NCBI RefSeq assembly: GCF_032444005.1
Contig: NC_091288.1
Span: forward strand, 203,794,001 to 203,858,000
Direction: 5' to 3'
DNA: 64,000 nt
Source: Ranitomeya imitator
Lineage: Eukaryota
The position numbers and the translations under genes were made by a program. A model generated the notes under the pieces. The model made no database searches. It worked only from the letters and a program-made list of their open reading frames with translations, and was not told the origin of the DNA. Each line of letters begins with the position of its first letter. Position 1 is the first letter of the stretch. Shown piece after piece: positions 50,901 to 64,000 of this stretch.

Positions 50901-52030
50901 GTTTTTGTTTTTAGCACAGATTTTATTCAGGGAGTGCAAAAAAAATTCTATGTGGTGACATTTTTAGCAGATCCACTGCAAAAATTACTTAGGAAACTAT
51001 TTGGTCTTCAATTATTACTGTAGATGTAAAAAAAAAAAATGGATGACACATACCACCAAACGGATAAGAAAAAAAAGACCGCAGGATGCAATTCATTATT
51101 GCTTTCAGTCTAGTTTGTGGTGTATTTTCATCTATACTTTTTTTTTTTCCTTTTTTTTTCTTTCTTAAAATAGACTTTAAAAATAAGAAAATTATGTGAA
51201 TTAATAGTTCGTCATTTGTGGGTGCGCCTTGGGGTTCCCAGTCTATTCATCACTTGTGACTTTTTAAAAAAAAAAAAAGTTGCAAAACTTTTTGGGGCAA
51301 ATGTACGCCAGTCATCCCGGATAACTTTATGCACATCTGGATTAAAATTTGCACAAGAGAAAAAAAAAAATCCAAAGTATTTTTTAAAGAATTTTTAGCC
51401 CTCCTAAAAAAAAAAAAAAAAAAAAAGAGACTAACCGATATCACAAGACAACAAAAATGTGACTTAAAAGAGGGAAAAAAAAACCCCGCAAATGGTGAAT
51501 TGGGACCGTAGTCTAATAATGGGAAGACAGGCAAATTCCCTCTACAAGTCTACCCTCTGAAACTTGGATCTATTTTAAGTGCCTTAGTAGATAATGACAA
51601 TGCACAGTTGCTGGCAGCAAAGGGGTTAACGATTGTGATGGGTCAGGCAGATTCGGAAACCATAGGAATTAATCCTAAACCGACCCTTAGGAGCAACAGC
51701 ATTCCACATAATCAGAGGGGGGACAGCTGACGTCGGGAAGGCAGAAAAAAGGCGTCATGTCAGATCAGAATAATGTGGCTGTGCAGGTTTAGTTATGGGA
51801 AGGACCTGAGGGGCATCCAAAATCATATACCAGGTTTCTCCTGGAAGCAAGTGGCCAAAAAAAAAAAAATAGTTGTATTATATGGTCTCTGTGTGGTAGC
51901 ATGGAAGAGCATGGACTCCTTTGTGGGCAAGTTTTTATTTTTTTACTTAAAAGTATTTTTTTCGACTAAAACTAATTTTTACCCATTGGGTTTCATTAAA
52001 TTTTTTTTATCCTGTTTGCCATCTATTGCT

Positions 52031-52260
52031 GGCTGCAGAATGAGTTAACTGAGTACCTGTCAGTGAGCTTGGCTCTGATGGTAGAGTTTGTAACGTTTAA
52101 CGATAATCTTTCTTCTTCTGAGCTCCTCTCGGTTGATTTATGACCATACGAAAGTTGAGTTGAAGTTTGAGGTCACAAATCAGCTGAGTAAAGTTCAGAA
52201 GAAGTAGTTCCCGTCAGGAGTCGCTCACTCGCAGGTTCTCAGTTAACTCATTCTACAGCC
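52031..52260. mobile_element. Foldback MITE, unassigned
   Basis: TIR ggctgcagaatgagttaactgag / ctcagttaactcattctacagcc; no clear TSD. Confidence 0.7.
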
Positions 52261-52578
52261 ACTGTGACACACAGGCTATAGAAGACTTAACTTTTAATCA
52301 AAGCCGAGTGCAAACAATGATTTTTTTTTAGGAGAAAAAAAATCCTTTAATCACATTGCTATGTCATTCCTCCTAGAAATATGAATACATTGACAGCTAG
52401 GCATTCCTAGTTGTGGGGGGGGGGGGGGGGGGGTCCCTGCACATTCCCACACTGCACAATTATTGCTGATAGTACCAGACTGTGTTGGGACATGGCTAAT
52501 TGACAAGAGGAAAGGTAATACCCAATTTATTCATCAGTTTCTTGGAGGAATAACTATCCTATAGATATCTGCCAGAGT

Positions 52579-53163
52579 TTAAAGGGGTTGTCGCTCCTGT
52601 AGACCATAAGAGTTGCAGGGGAAAAAAACCCACGACTGCCCATTTCACTCAACTCCTGACTCTGTACTTAGGAAAAACAGGACATTAGACCCCCATTCTG
52701 GTGATCGTGAGGTTCCAAGATGGTTCACCCTCACTAATCTAACAATTATTCTTTTTCCAGTACATATTTTATAATTTTGTACCCCCTTAAAGGAGGATCT
52801 GTCACAAATTGAAAAGTGGCCAGATTTTGCACTTATTTTATTCCCGCCGATCCCCTAAGTAATCCATTTTTAGTTTTTTTCAAGTCTGTCATACGGTTCC
52901 AGAGATATGGGCCTTTTTATTTAGTGTCTTTTCAAGGGGGTGGGGCTCACAGTAGTCTCCGGGGGCGTGTCTTTAGGCTGCTCTGCATGCCACGCCCCTT
53001 TTGGAAAGACCATAAAAAATTTAGCTCTATATAAAAACGCCCGTATCTCTGGAACCGTATGGCGGATTTGAAAAGAACGAGAACCGGAATACTCAGGAGA
53101 GCGGCGGGAACAGAATAAAAGCAAAAACTGGACACTTTTGATCTAATGATAATTTCTCTTTAA
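52579..53163. mobile_element. Two adjacent TTAA-bounded T2-like MITEs sharing TTAA at 52787-52790
   Basis: TTAAagggg...ccccTTAA then TTAAaggag...tctctTTAA; the second is palindromic (atacggttccagagat / atctctggaaccgtat). Confidence 0.65.
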
Positions 53164-53354
53164 GAGCCTTTACTTACAACATTGCAATGTGTGTGGCCCT
53201 AATGAGTTCATATTACAGACCTATAGGGCATTCTTCATGCCTTCATAGTATCTCTGTGAAGAATTACATCTTCCTTTCAAAGCAATGGCTCCGGTAATAC
53301 GGCGTGTAGCGGAATCCATAAGAAAAAGAAAATTATCTAGGTATTTTTGCATGT

Positions 53355-53539
53355 CGGCTGCAGCTGAGTTAACGACGACGTGCACTTGCCCTAAATTCTT
53401 TTTTAGGGTCACAAATGGTCAGAACTGTTTGTCAATTGGTTGTGACCACCTGTGATCCAGCCTGCAGTGACGTGTGCGTCCAGTGCCAGCTACAGTATAT
53501 ATAGAGGAGCCAACCATCCCAGATTTCCTGGCTGATACC
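53355..53539 (+). promoter_or_regulatory. Putative srl core promoter
   Basis: TATATATAG at 53496-53504; E-boxes CAGCTG 53361, CAAATG 53412, CAATTG 53433, CACCTG 53447; TGACGTG 53468. Confidence 0.6.
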
Positions 53540-53600
53540 ATGAGAGGACCAGGGTTATTCTGCTGCTGCCTTGCGGCCCTTCTCCTATTTGTGGGAGCAG
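53540..53600 (+). CDS. srl: Probable sarcalumenin coding exon 1, signal peptide (MRGPGLFCCCLAALLLFVGA-G)
   Basis: Kozak accATGa; 20 hydrophobic codons plus 1 nt then gtagga donor (61 nt, phase 1); resembles recalled human SRL [20 protein letters not shown]; SRL lies downstream of TFAP4 in the same orientation in mammals. Later exons are not in the window. Confidence 0.75.
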
Positions 53601-53829
53601 GTAGGAACCCTCCTTACTTTTTCCTTCTATATAAATGGACCACGTTGCTTGTTACTGTATTTTTAGACTCCTGTGATTGATATTTTGCTGCTAAGTAGAA
53701 CTATAAAACTTAGCTCAACTCTTAAAACATTAGGGCAGACTACAGGATTGCCTCTAAAATGCTACAGCATTTTTATTTTTATTTAATTTTTTTTCCCTAC
53801 CAAAATAACTAAGAGAAAAACAGTGAGAA

Positions 53830-53834
<5 letters not shown>

Positions 53835-53881
<47 letters not shown>
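53835..53881. repeat. (TA)n microsatellite
   Basis: Direct reading. Confidence 0.95.
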
Positions 53882-53884
<3 letters not shown>

Positions 53885-54024
53885 TTATTAAATTATATTA
53901 TTAAATAAATATACGGTATATTAGACCCTGTTTATTTTTTTCTGTTATGCATGGTTTACAACTATTTTTCAATTGCGTAAAAAATAGAATTTTAATTATA
54001 TATAATTTGCTCTGCATTATTATT

Positions 54025-54055
<31 letters not shown>

Positions 54056-55229
54056 GCTTTGAACTTTAACCTAGTGCCTTAACTTCTCAATATTGTTTTT
54101 CACATGACGTTTGACATTTAATCAATGACCTTAACATTTCTGATCAAATGGGATTTTGTAAAAAAAAAAAAAGTGAGGGACATTTTTTGCATTTTTTTTT
54201 TGCATGACATTATTTCAATACATATTACTAAAGGGGGGATGCTTTTAAAATGTAAAAAAAAAATGTTTGTAACCCTTTACTGTTTGGCTCCACAATCCCA
54301 TCGCTTGCATATATGTGTGTAGTGCACTGAGTGACTGATATCAGAGGGTGCACCTAGTGTTGGAGTTTCCAAATAAGACGACTTTTACCCCCCAAAATAC
54401 AACAAAATACTGGATTTTCCCTACAGGTTGGAATCCCAAATACCGTGTTGGGAAGTAGACGCCGTCCGTCCTGCATTTCTCATTGTTTCTCAACCCATGT
54501 TTGGCTTTGGATAAAAAAATAAAATAAACTGCACAAAAAACTTTCTCAAGGGTTGCAAGTGTGATGCCCAAAATTTTACTTTTCAATTTTTTTGGGTTAA
54601 TTGTTCAATTTATGATCCGAAATTTTGGAAAACTGTCTAAACCGCGCGGTATAACATGCTGCAAACTGATGAACAGCTGATAGCCGAGGGAACATGAGGA
54701 GTCCCCGGGGGTCCGAAGTGGCAGCTGGTCTTAAGGGAGTGACAGGAGACATAAAGAGTAAAGAGATGACAGCGGGGAAGGGGGAGAATATGGGAAGCTG
54801 CTTGTACTTTTTTTGGTACAAGGAAGGTTAACAATGAAGGTGTCTGTCAGCTTCTTTGCATAAATGGTAAAGGGGGACGATCTGGCGGTGAGTGGGCGCT
54901 CGACAGCACACTTTGTTCGACTTAATGATATGATGACTTTACTTTTGTGCTTTCGATATTTTGATGCTGTTGTTGGATCCTAATTATTATATTTTGTACT
55001 TAATGCAGTTTCCGAGATATGAAGTTACCCTTAAAAGCCCCCCATGCACATCATTAGCTTAAAGTGAGTCCCAATTTTGGTGAAACTGGACAACTACATC
55101 TTCTCCTATCCTACGGACTGATCACTGGGAGTACCACCGATCCCAAGAATGGGTCCCTGAATGTGGAGAACCACACTCTGCAGTGTCCCATCTTGGATAA
55201 AGTAGAGCGGTACATGCTCACCCCATTAC

Positions 55230-56320
55230 CTATGGGAAATAGTGGAGTGCAGCACTTGCCGATTTCCAGCAGTCCCATAGACAATAGATGGACGGAGGTC
55301 AAACACTCACAACTCTGCTCCATCAAATCTCTTCCCGGCTCGGTTATCAGGATCCACCTGCTCTATGGATAGGGGTATTAATTAAGACGTAGTCAAGAAA
55401 TATTCTAATAGGTCATAGAGCCAGGGGAGAAATTGACATTGGTGAAGCTCGAGCATCTTGGTCCAACACTGATATCCCAAAAGAATGGACTCTATAGAGT
55501 AACTCAAGCCCATAGCTGAGTGCAGCACTTGCCGATTTCCAGCAGTCCCATAGACAATAGATAGACTGAGGTCAAACATGCACAACTCTGCTCCATCATA
55601 GCTCTTCTGGGCTCGATTATCAGGATCCACCAGCCCCATGGATCTGGGTATTAAATAAAGAGGGAGTTGAGATATATTCTAATAGGTCATAGATCCAGGT
55701 GAGAAATTGACATTGGTGAAACTCGAGCATCTTGGTCCAACACTGATATCCCAAAAGAATGGACTCTATAGAGTAACTGAAGCCCATAGTGGAGTGCAGC
55801 ACTTGATAATTTCCAGCAGTCCCATAGACAATAGATGGAGCGCAGGTCAAACACTCACAACTCTGCTCCATCATAGCTCTTCTGGGCTCAATTATCAGGA
55901 TCCACCAGCCCCATGGATCTGGGTATTAAATAAAGAGGGAGTTGAGATATATTCTAATAGGTCATAGATCCAGGTGAGAAATTGACATTGGTGAAACTCG
56001 AGCATCTTGGTCCAACACTGATATCCCAATTAATGGACTCTATAGAGTAACTGAAGCCCATAGTGGAGTGCAGCACTTGATAATTTCCAGCAGTCCCATA
56101 GACAATAGATGGAGCGGCGGTCAAACATGCACAACTCTGCTCCATCATAGCTCTTCTGGGCTCAATTATCAGGATCCACCAGCCCCATGGATCTGGGTAT
56201 TAAATAAAGAGGGAGTTGAGATATATTCTAATAGGTCATAGATCCAGGTGAGAAATTGACATTGGTGAAACTCGATATCCCAAAAGAAAGAACTCTGTAG
56301 AGTAATGGAAGCCCCTTTGC
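55230..56320. repeat. ~274-bp tandem repeat, ~4 copies
   Basis: aataggtcatag recurs at 55407, 55681, 55956 and 56230. Confidence 0.93.
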
Positions 56321-56919
56321 ACGGCACAGAGACTTCCATTGCCGGAAAGTCAGAACAGGGCCATTCAAATCAACGATGGTGTGCGATGAATATTGCGTCA
56401 GATTTCATGTGATAGATATCTCCGAGCCATGCCAAAGGGCTTAGAAAAATTCTGTGAATCAATGGTCGTTCCAAAGTTCCCAGACCCTAAACGCCACCAG
56501 CGTATTGTATACTGCTCGATGCGCGTCACTGTGATCTGACGGATCATCATAGTGTATTTGCCGCCATGTGCACAGGCCTGAAGTTACGTCATCACCTGCC
56601 GGCGGCTTGACTCCTATACTGTGAAATGTCTTTATGGTGCTGGACATGTAGGCCATAGTAGGTAGGACGGCAGGGAGTTGTCAGCACTGAGCCGCTGTGT
56701 GATATCATGTACTCGCCGCTCTTGGCAGTGCCAGCAGCTGGCATACTGTACATAGCCCTGATGCAATTTTTGTGGAATCACTGGAGGCTCCGGATTTGGA
56801 GCGGCACGCTACTATTAAAGGACAGACACGGACACAGACATGATTTTATGACTAATCATTTAGGCTTAATTGGTGGCGGTCTAGGACCAAAATAAAGGGG
56901 TCCTGGAAGTAGGTGGTGG

Positions 56920-59900
56920 ATGTTGGGGGTTGTAGTGTCCTAGATATAGGGTATAACAGGATTGCATTATAGTCAGGGTGAGTGGGTGAATAATTTGGGG
57001 GTTGTAGTGCTTCATATATAGGACATATTAGAATTGTATTTTTATAAAGTGGTCGAGTCATGCTGGGGATTGTAGTGTTCTGTGTACAGAGGATTATAGA
57101 ACAGTGGTTGGGTTATGTTGGGGGTTGTAGTGTTCTATGTATAGAGGATAATAGTACAGTGGTTGGGTTATGTTGGGGGTTGTAGTGTTCTGTGTATAGA
57201 GGATAATAGTACAGTGGTTGGGTTATGTTGGGGGTTGTAGTGTTCTGTGTATAGAGGATGATAGAACAGTGCTTAGGTTATGTTGGGGGTTGTAGTCTTC
57301 TATACTGTATGTAGCATATAATAGATCATTGGTTGGGTTATGTTGGGGGTTGTAGTGTTCTGTCTATAGAGAATAATAGTACAGTGCTTGGGGTATGTTG
57401 GGGGCTGTAGTCTTCTATACCGTATATAGAGTATAATAGAACAGTTGTTGGGTTATGTTGGGGGTTGTAGTGTCCTGTGTATAGAGGATAATAGTACAGT
57501 GGTTGGGTTATGTTGGGGGCTGTAGTCTTCTATATTGTATATAGCGTATAATAGTACAGTGGTTGGGTTATGTTGGGGGTTGCAGTCTTCTATACTGTAT
57601 ATAGCATATAATAGAACAGTGGTTGGGTCATGTTGGGGGTTGTAGTGTTCTGTGTATAGAGGATAATAGTACAGTGGTTGGGTTATGTTGGGGGTTGTAG
57701 TGTTCTGTGTATAGAGGATAATAGTACAGTGGTTGGGTTATGTTGGGGGTTGTAGTGTTCTGTGTATAGAGGATAATAGTACAGTGGTTGGGTTATGTTG
57801 GGGGTTGTAGTCTTCTATGTATAGAGGATAATAGATCATTGGTTGAGATATGTTGGGTGTTGTAGTCTTCTATGTATAGAGTATAATAGATCATTAGTTG
57901 GGCTATGATGGGGGTTGTAGTGTTCTGTGTATAGAGGATGATAGAACAGTGGTTGGGGTATGTTGGGGGTTGTAGTGTTCTGTGTATAGAGAATAATAGT
58001 ACAGCGGTTGGGTTATGTTGGGGGTTGTAGTGTTCTGTGTATAGAGGATAATAGTACAGTGGTTGGGTTATGTTGGGGGTTGTAGTCTTCTATACTGTAT
58101 ATAGCATATAATAGAACAGTGGTCAGGTCATGTTGGGGGTTGCAGTCTTCTATACTGTATATAGCATATAATAGAACAGTGGTTGGGTCATGTTGGGGGT
58201 TGTAGTGTTCTGTGTATAGAGGATAACAGTACAGCGGTTGGGTTATGTTGGGTGTTGTAGTCTTCTATGTATACAGGATAATAGATCATTGGTTGAGATA
58301 TGTTGGGTGTTGTAGTCTTCTATGTATAGAGTATAATAGATCATTAGTTGGGCTATGATGGGGGTTGTAGTGTTCTGTGTATAGAGGATAATAGTACAGT
58401 GGTTGGGTTATGTTGGGGGTTGTAGTGTTCTGTGTATAGAGGATAATAGTACAGTGGTTGGGGTATGTTGGGGGCTGTAGTCTTCTATATTGTATATAGC
58501 GTATAATAGTACAGTGGTTGGGTCATGTTGGGGGTTGTAGTGTTCTGTGTATAGAGGATAATAGTACAGTGGTTGGGTTATGTTGGGGGTTGTAGTGTTC
58601 TGTGTATAGAGAATAATAGTACAGCGGTTGGGTTATGTTGGGAGTTGTAGTCTTCTATGTATAGAGGATAATAGATCATTGGTTGAGATATGTTGGGTGT
58701 TGTAGTCTTCTATGTATAGAGTATAATAGATCATTAGTTGGGCTATGATGGGGGTTGTAGTGTTCTGTGTATAGAGGATGATAGAACAGTGGTTGGGTTA
58801 TGTTGGGGGTTGTAGTGTTCTGTGTATAGAGGATAATAGTACAGTGGTTGGGTTATGTTGGGGGTTGTAGTGTTCTGTGTATAGAGGACAATAGAACAGT
58901 GGTTGGGTTATGTTGGGGGTTGTAGTGTTCTGTGTATAGAGGATAATAGCACAGTGGTTGGGTTATGTTGGGGGTTGTAGTGTTCTGTGTATAGAGGATA
59001 ATAGTATAGTGGTTGGGTTATGTTGGGGGTTGTAGTGTTCTGTGTATAGAGGATAATAGTACAGTGGTTGGGTTATGTTGGGGGTTGTAGTGTTCTGTGT
59101 ATAGAGGATAATAGAACAGTGGTTGGGTTATGTTGGGGGTTGTAGTGTTCTGTGTATAGAGGATAACAGTACAGCGGTTGGGTTATGTTGGGTGTTGTAG
59201 TCTTCTATGTATAGAGGATAATAGATCATTGGTTGAGATATGTTGGGTGTTGTAGTCTTCTATGTATAGAGTATAATAGATCATTAGTTGGGCTATGATG
59301 GGGGTTGTAGTGTTCTGTGTATAGAGGATGATAGAACAGTGGTTGGGGTATGTTGGGGGTTGTAGTGTTCTGTGTATAGAGAATAATAGTACAGCGGTTG
59401 GGTTATGTTGGGGGTTGTAGTGTTCTGTGTATAGAGGATAATAGTACAGTGGTTGGGTTATGTTGGGGGTTGTAGTCTTCTATACTGTATATAGCATATA
59501 ATAGAACAGTGGTCAGGTCATGTTGGGGGTTGCAGTCTTCTATACTGTATATAGCATATAATAGAACAGTGGTTGGGTCATGTTGGGGGTTGTAGTGTTC
59601 TGTGTCTAGAGGATAACAGTACAGCGGTTGGGTTATGTTGGGTGTTGTAGTCTTCTATGTATACAGGATAATAGATCATTGGTTGAGATATGTTGGGTGT
59701 TGTAGTCTTCTATGTATAGAGTATAATAGATCATTAGTTGGGCTATGATGGGGGTTGTAGTGTTCTGTGTATAGAGGATAATAGTACAGTGGTTGGGGTA
59801 TGTTGGGGGCTGTAGTCTTCTATATTGTATATAGCGTATAATAGTACAGTGGTTGGGTTATGTTGGGGGTTGTAGTCTTCTATACTGTATATAGCATATA

Positions 59901-62900
59901 ATAGAACAGTGGTCAGGTCATGTTGGGGGTTGCAGTCTTCTATACTGTATATAGCATATAATAGAACAGTGGTTGGGTCATGTTGGGGGTTGTAGTGTTC
60001 TGTGTCTAGAGGATAACAGTACAGCGGTTGGGTTATGTTGGGTGTTGTAGTCTTCTATGTATACAGGATAATAGATCATTGGTTGAGATATGTTGGGTGT
60101 TGTAGTCTTCTATGTATAGAGTATAATAGATCATTAGTTGGGCTATGATGGGGGTTGTAGTGTTCTGTGTATAGAGGATAATAGTACAGTGGTTGGGGTA
60201 TGTTGGGGGCTGTAGTCTTCTATATTGTATATAGCGTATAATAGTACAGTGGTTGGGTTATGTTGGGGGTTGCAGTCTTCTATACTGTATATAGCATATA
60301 ATAGAACAGTGGTTGGGTCATGTTGGGGGTTGTAGTGTTCTGTGTATAGAGGATAATAGTACAGTGGTTGGGTTATGTTGGGGGTTGTAGTGTTCTGTGT
60401 ATAGAGGATAATAGTACAGTGGTTGGGTTATGTTGGGGGTTGTAGTGTTCTGTGTATAGAGGATAATAGTACAGTGGTTGGGTTATGTTGGGGGTTGTAG
60501 TGTTCTGTGTATAGAGAATAATAGTACAGCGGTTGGGTTATGTTGGTGGTTGTAGTGTTCTGTGTATAGAGAATAATAGTACAGTGGTTGGGTTATGTTG
60601 GGAGTTGTAGTCTTCTATGTATAGAGGATAATAGATCATTGGTTGAGATATGTTGGGTGTTGTAGTCTTCTATGTATAGAGTATAATAGATCATTAGTTG
60701 GGCTATGATGGGGGTTGTAGTGTTCTGTGTATAGAGGATGATAGAACAGTGGTTGGGTTATGTTGGGGGTTGTAGTGTTCTGTGTATAGAGGACAATAGA
60801 ACAGTGGTTGGGTTATGTTGGGGGTTGTAGTGTTCTGTGTATAGAGGATAATAGTACAGTGGTTGGGTTATGTTGGGGGTTGTAGTGTTCTGTGTATAGA
60901 GGATAATAGTACAGTGGTTGGGTTATGTTGGGGGTTGTAGTGTTCTGTGTATAGAGAATAATAGTACAGCGGTTGGGTTATGTTGGTGGTTGTAGTGTTC
61001 TGTGTATAGAGAATAATAGTACAGTGGTTGGGTTATGTTGGGAGTTGTAGTCTTCTATGTATAGAGGATAATAGATCATTGGTTGAGATATGTTGGGTGT
61101 TGTAGTCTTCTATGTATAGAGTATAATAGATCATTAGTTGGGCTATGATGGGGGTTGTAGTGTTCTGTGTATAGAGGATGATAGAACAGTGGTTGGGTTA
61201 TGTTGGGGGTTGTAGTGTTCTGTGTATAGAGGACAATAGAACAGTGGTTGGGTTATGTTGGGGGTTGTAGTGTTCTGTGTATAGAGGATAATAGTACAGT
61301 GGTTGGGTTATGTTGGGGGTTGTAGTGTTCTGTGTATAGAGGATAATAGAACAGTGGTTGGGTTATGTTGGGGGTTGTAGTGTTCTGTGTATAGAGGATA
61401 ACAGTACAGCGGTTGGGTTATGTTGGGTGTTGTAGTCTTCTATGTATAGAGGATAATAGATCATTGGTTGAGATATGTTGGGTGTTGTAGTCTTCTATGT
61501 ATAGAGTATAATAGATCATTAGTTGGGCTATGATGGGGGTTGTAGTGTTCTGTGTATAGAGGATAATAGAACAGTGGTTGGGGTATGTTGGGGGTTGTAG
61601 TGCTCTGTGTATAGAGAATAATAGTACAGCGGTTGGGTTATGTTGGGGGTTGTAGTGTTCTGTGTATAGAGGATGATAGAACAGTGGTTGGGGTATGTTG
61701 GGGGTTGTAGTCTTCTATGTATAGAGTATAATAGATCATTAGTTGGGCTATGATGGGGGTTGTAGTGTTCTGTGTATAGAGGATAATAGTACAGTGGTTG
61801 GGTCATGTTGGGGGTTGTAGTGTTCTGTGTATAGAGGATAATAGAACAGTGGTTGGGTTATGTTGGGGGTTGTAGTGTTCTGTGTATAGAGGATGATAGA
61901 ACAGTGGTAGGGTTATGTTGGGTGTTGTAGTCTTCTATGTATAGAGTATAATAGATCATTAGTTGGGCTATGATGGGGGTTGTAGTGTTCTGTGTATAGA
62001 GGATAATAGTACAGTGGTTGGGTCATGTTGGGGGTTGTAGTGTTCTGTGTATAGAGGATAATAGTACAGTGGTTGGGTTATGTTGGGGGTTGTAGTGTTC
62101 TGTGTATAGAGAATAATAGTACAGCGGTTGGGTTATGTTGGGAGTTGTAGTCTTCTATGTATAGAGGATAATAGATCATTGGTTGAGATATGTTGGGTGT
62201 TGTAGTCTTCTATGTATAGAGTATAATAGATCATTAGTTGGGCTATGATGGGGGTTGTAGTGTTCTGTGTATAGAGGATGATAGAACAGTGGTTGGGTTA
62301 TGTTGGGGGTTGTAGTGTTCTGTGTATAGAGGATAATAGTACAGTGGTTGGGTTATGTTGGGGGTTGTAGTGTTCTGTGTATAGAGGACAATAGAACAGT
62401 GGTTGGGTTATGTTGGGGGTTGTAGTGTTCTGTGTATAGAGGATAATAGCACAGTGGTTGGGTTATGTTGGGGGTTGTAGTGTTCTGTGTATAGAGGATA
62501 ATAGTATAGTGGTTGGGTTATGTTGGGGGTTGTAGTGTTCTGTGTATAGAGGATAATAGTACAGTGGTTGGGTTATGTTGGGGGTTGTAGTGTTCTGTGT
62601 ATAGAGGATAATAGAACAGTGGTTGGGTTATGTTGGGGGTTGTAGTGTTCTGTGTATAGAGGATAACAGTACAGCGGTTGGGTTATGTTGGGTGTTGTAG
62701 TCTTCTATGTATAGAGGATAATAGATCATTGGTTGAGATATGTTGGGTGTTGTAGTCTTCTATGTATAGAGTATAATAGATCATTAGTTGGGCTATGATG
62801 GGGGTTGTAGTGTTCTGTGTATAGAGGATGATAGAACAGTGGTTGGGGTATGTTGGGGGTTGTAGTGTTCTGTGTATAGAGAATAATAGTACAGCGGTTG

Positions 62901-64000
62901 GGTTATGTTGGGGGTTGTAGTGTTCTGTGTATAGAGGATAATAGTACAGTGGTTGGGTTATGTTGGGGGTTGTAGTCTTCTATACTGTATATAGCATATA
63001 ATAGAACAGTGGTCAGGTCATGTTGGGGGTTGCAGTCTTCTATACTGTATATAGCATATAATAGAACAGTGGTTGGGTCATGTTGGGGGTTGTAGTGTTC
63101 TGTGTCTAGAGGATAACAGTACAGCGGTTGGGTTATGTTGGGTGTTGTAGTCTTCTATGTATACAGGATAATAGATCATTGGTTGAGATATGTTGGGTGT
63201 TGTAGTCTTCTATGTATAGAGTATAATAGATCATTAGTTGGGCTATGATGGGGGTTGTAGTGTTCTGTGTATAGAGGATAATAGTACAGTGGTTGGGGTA
63301 TGTTGGGGGCTGTAGTCTTCTATATTGTATATAGCGTATAATAGTACAGTGGTTGGGTTATGTTGGGGGTTGTAGTCTTCTATACTGTATATAGCATATA
63401 ATAGAACAGTGGTCAGGTCATGTTGGGGGTTGCAGTCTTCTATACTGTATATAGCATATAATAGAACAGTGGTTGGGTCATGTTGGGGGTTGTAGTGTTC
63501 TGTGTCTAGAGGATAACAGTACAGCGGTTGGGTTATGTTGGGTGTTGTAGTCTTCTATGTATACAGGATAATAGATCATTGGTTGAGATATGTTGGGTGT
63601 TGTAGTCTTCTATGTATAGAGTATAATAGATCATTAGTTGGGCTATGATGGGGGTTGTAGTGTTCTGTGTATAGAGGATAATAGTACAGTGGTTGGGGTA
63701 TGTTGGGGGCTGTAGTCTTCTATATTGTATATAGCGTATAATAGTACAGTGGTTGGGTTATGTTGGGGGTTGCAGTCTTCTATACTGTATATAGCATATA
63801 ATAGAACAGTGGTTGGGTCATGTTGGGGGTTGTAGTGTTCTGTGTATAGAGGATAATAGTACAGTGGTTGGGTTATGTTGGGGGTTGTAGTGTTCTGTGT
63901 ATAGAGGATAATAGTACAGTGGTTGGGTTATGTTGGGGGTTGTAGTGTTCTGTGTATAGAGGATAATAGTACAGTGGTTGGGTTATGTTGGGGGTTGTAG
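56920..64000. repeat. 55-bp satellite array, >125 units, runs off the window end
   Basis: Unit tgttgggggttgtagtgttctgtgtatagaggataatagtacagtggttgggtta plus variant units; period measured at 57661/57716. Confidence 0.98.

Noticed and set aside
61528-61806. 92-aa minus-strand ORF
   Set aside because: Satellite-derived.

Overview
Vertebrate genomic DNA, most likely an anuran amphibian (inferred from gene sequence, synteny and repeat families; species cannot be fixed). The window holds the complete 7-exon tfap4 gene on + (CDS 28587-44914, 328 aa, all introns GT-AG) and, downstream on +, a 61-nt signal-peptide first coding exon with TATA box that fits sarcalumenin (srl, 53540-53600). A possible non-coding first exon of a divergent minus-strand gene (glis2 expected by synteny) lies near 9.2-9.8 kb. 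The rest is repeat-derived: two Penelope-like elements (one 5'-inverted, with a minimal hammerhead-ribozyme motif), three decayed Tc1 elements, two solo LTRs with 5-bp TSDs, many foldback MITEs, a probable Helitron, four minisatellites, a 274-bp tandem repeat and a >7 kb 55-bp satellite with a 3,500-bp higher-order duplication. No novel system is demonstrated. The best leads are a 33-copy array of bipartite QKI-response-element motifs in tfap4 intron 6, complementary MITEs flanking exons 2-6, a CAGCTG cluster at the tfap4 promoter and the inverted Penelope insertion. Motif-based claims are hypotheses; no database search or folding computation was run.
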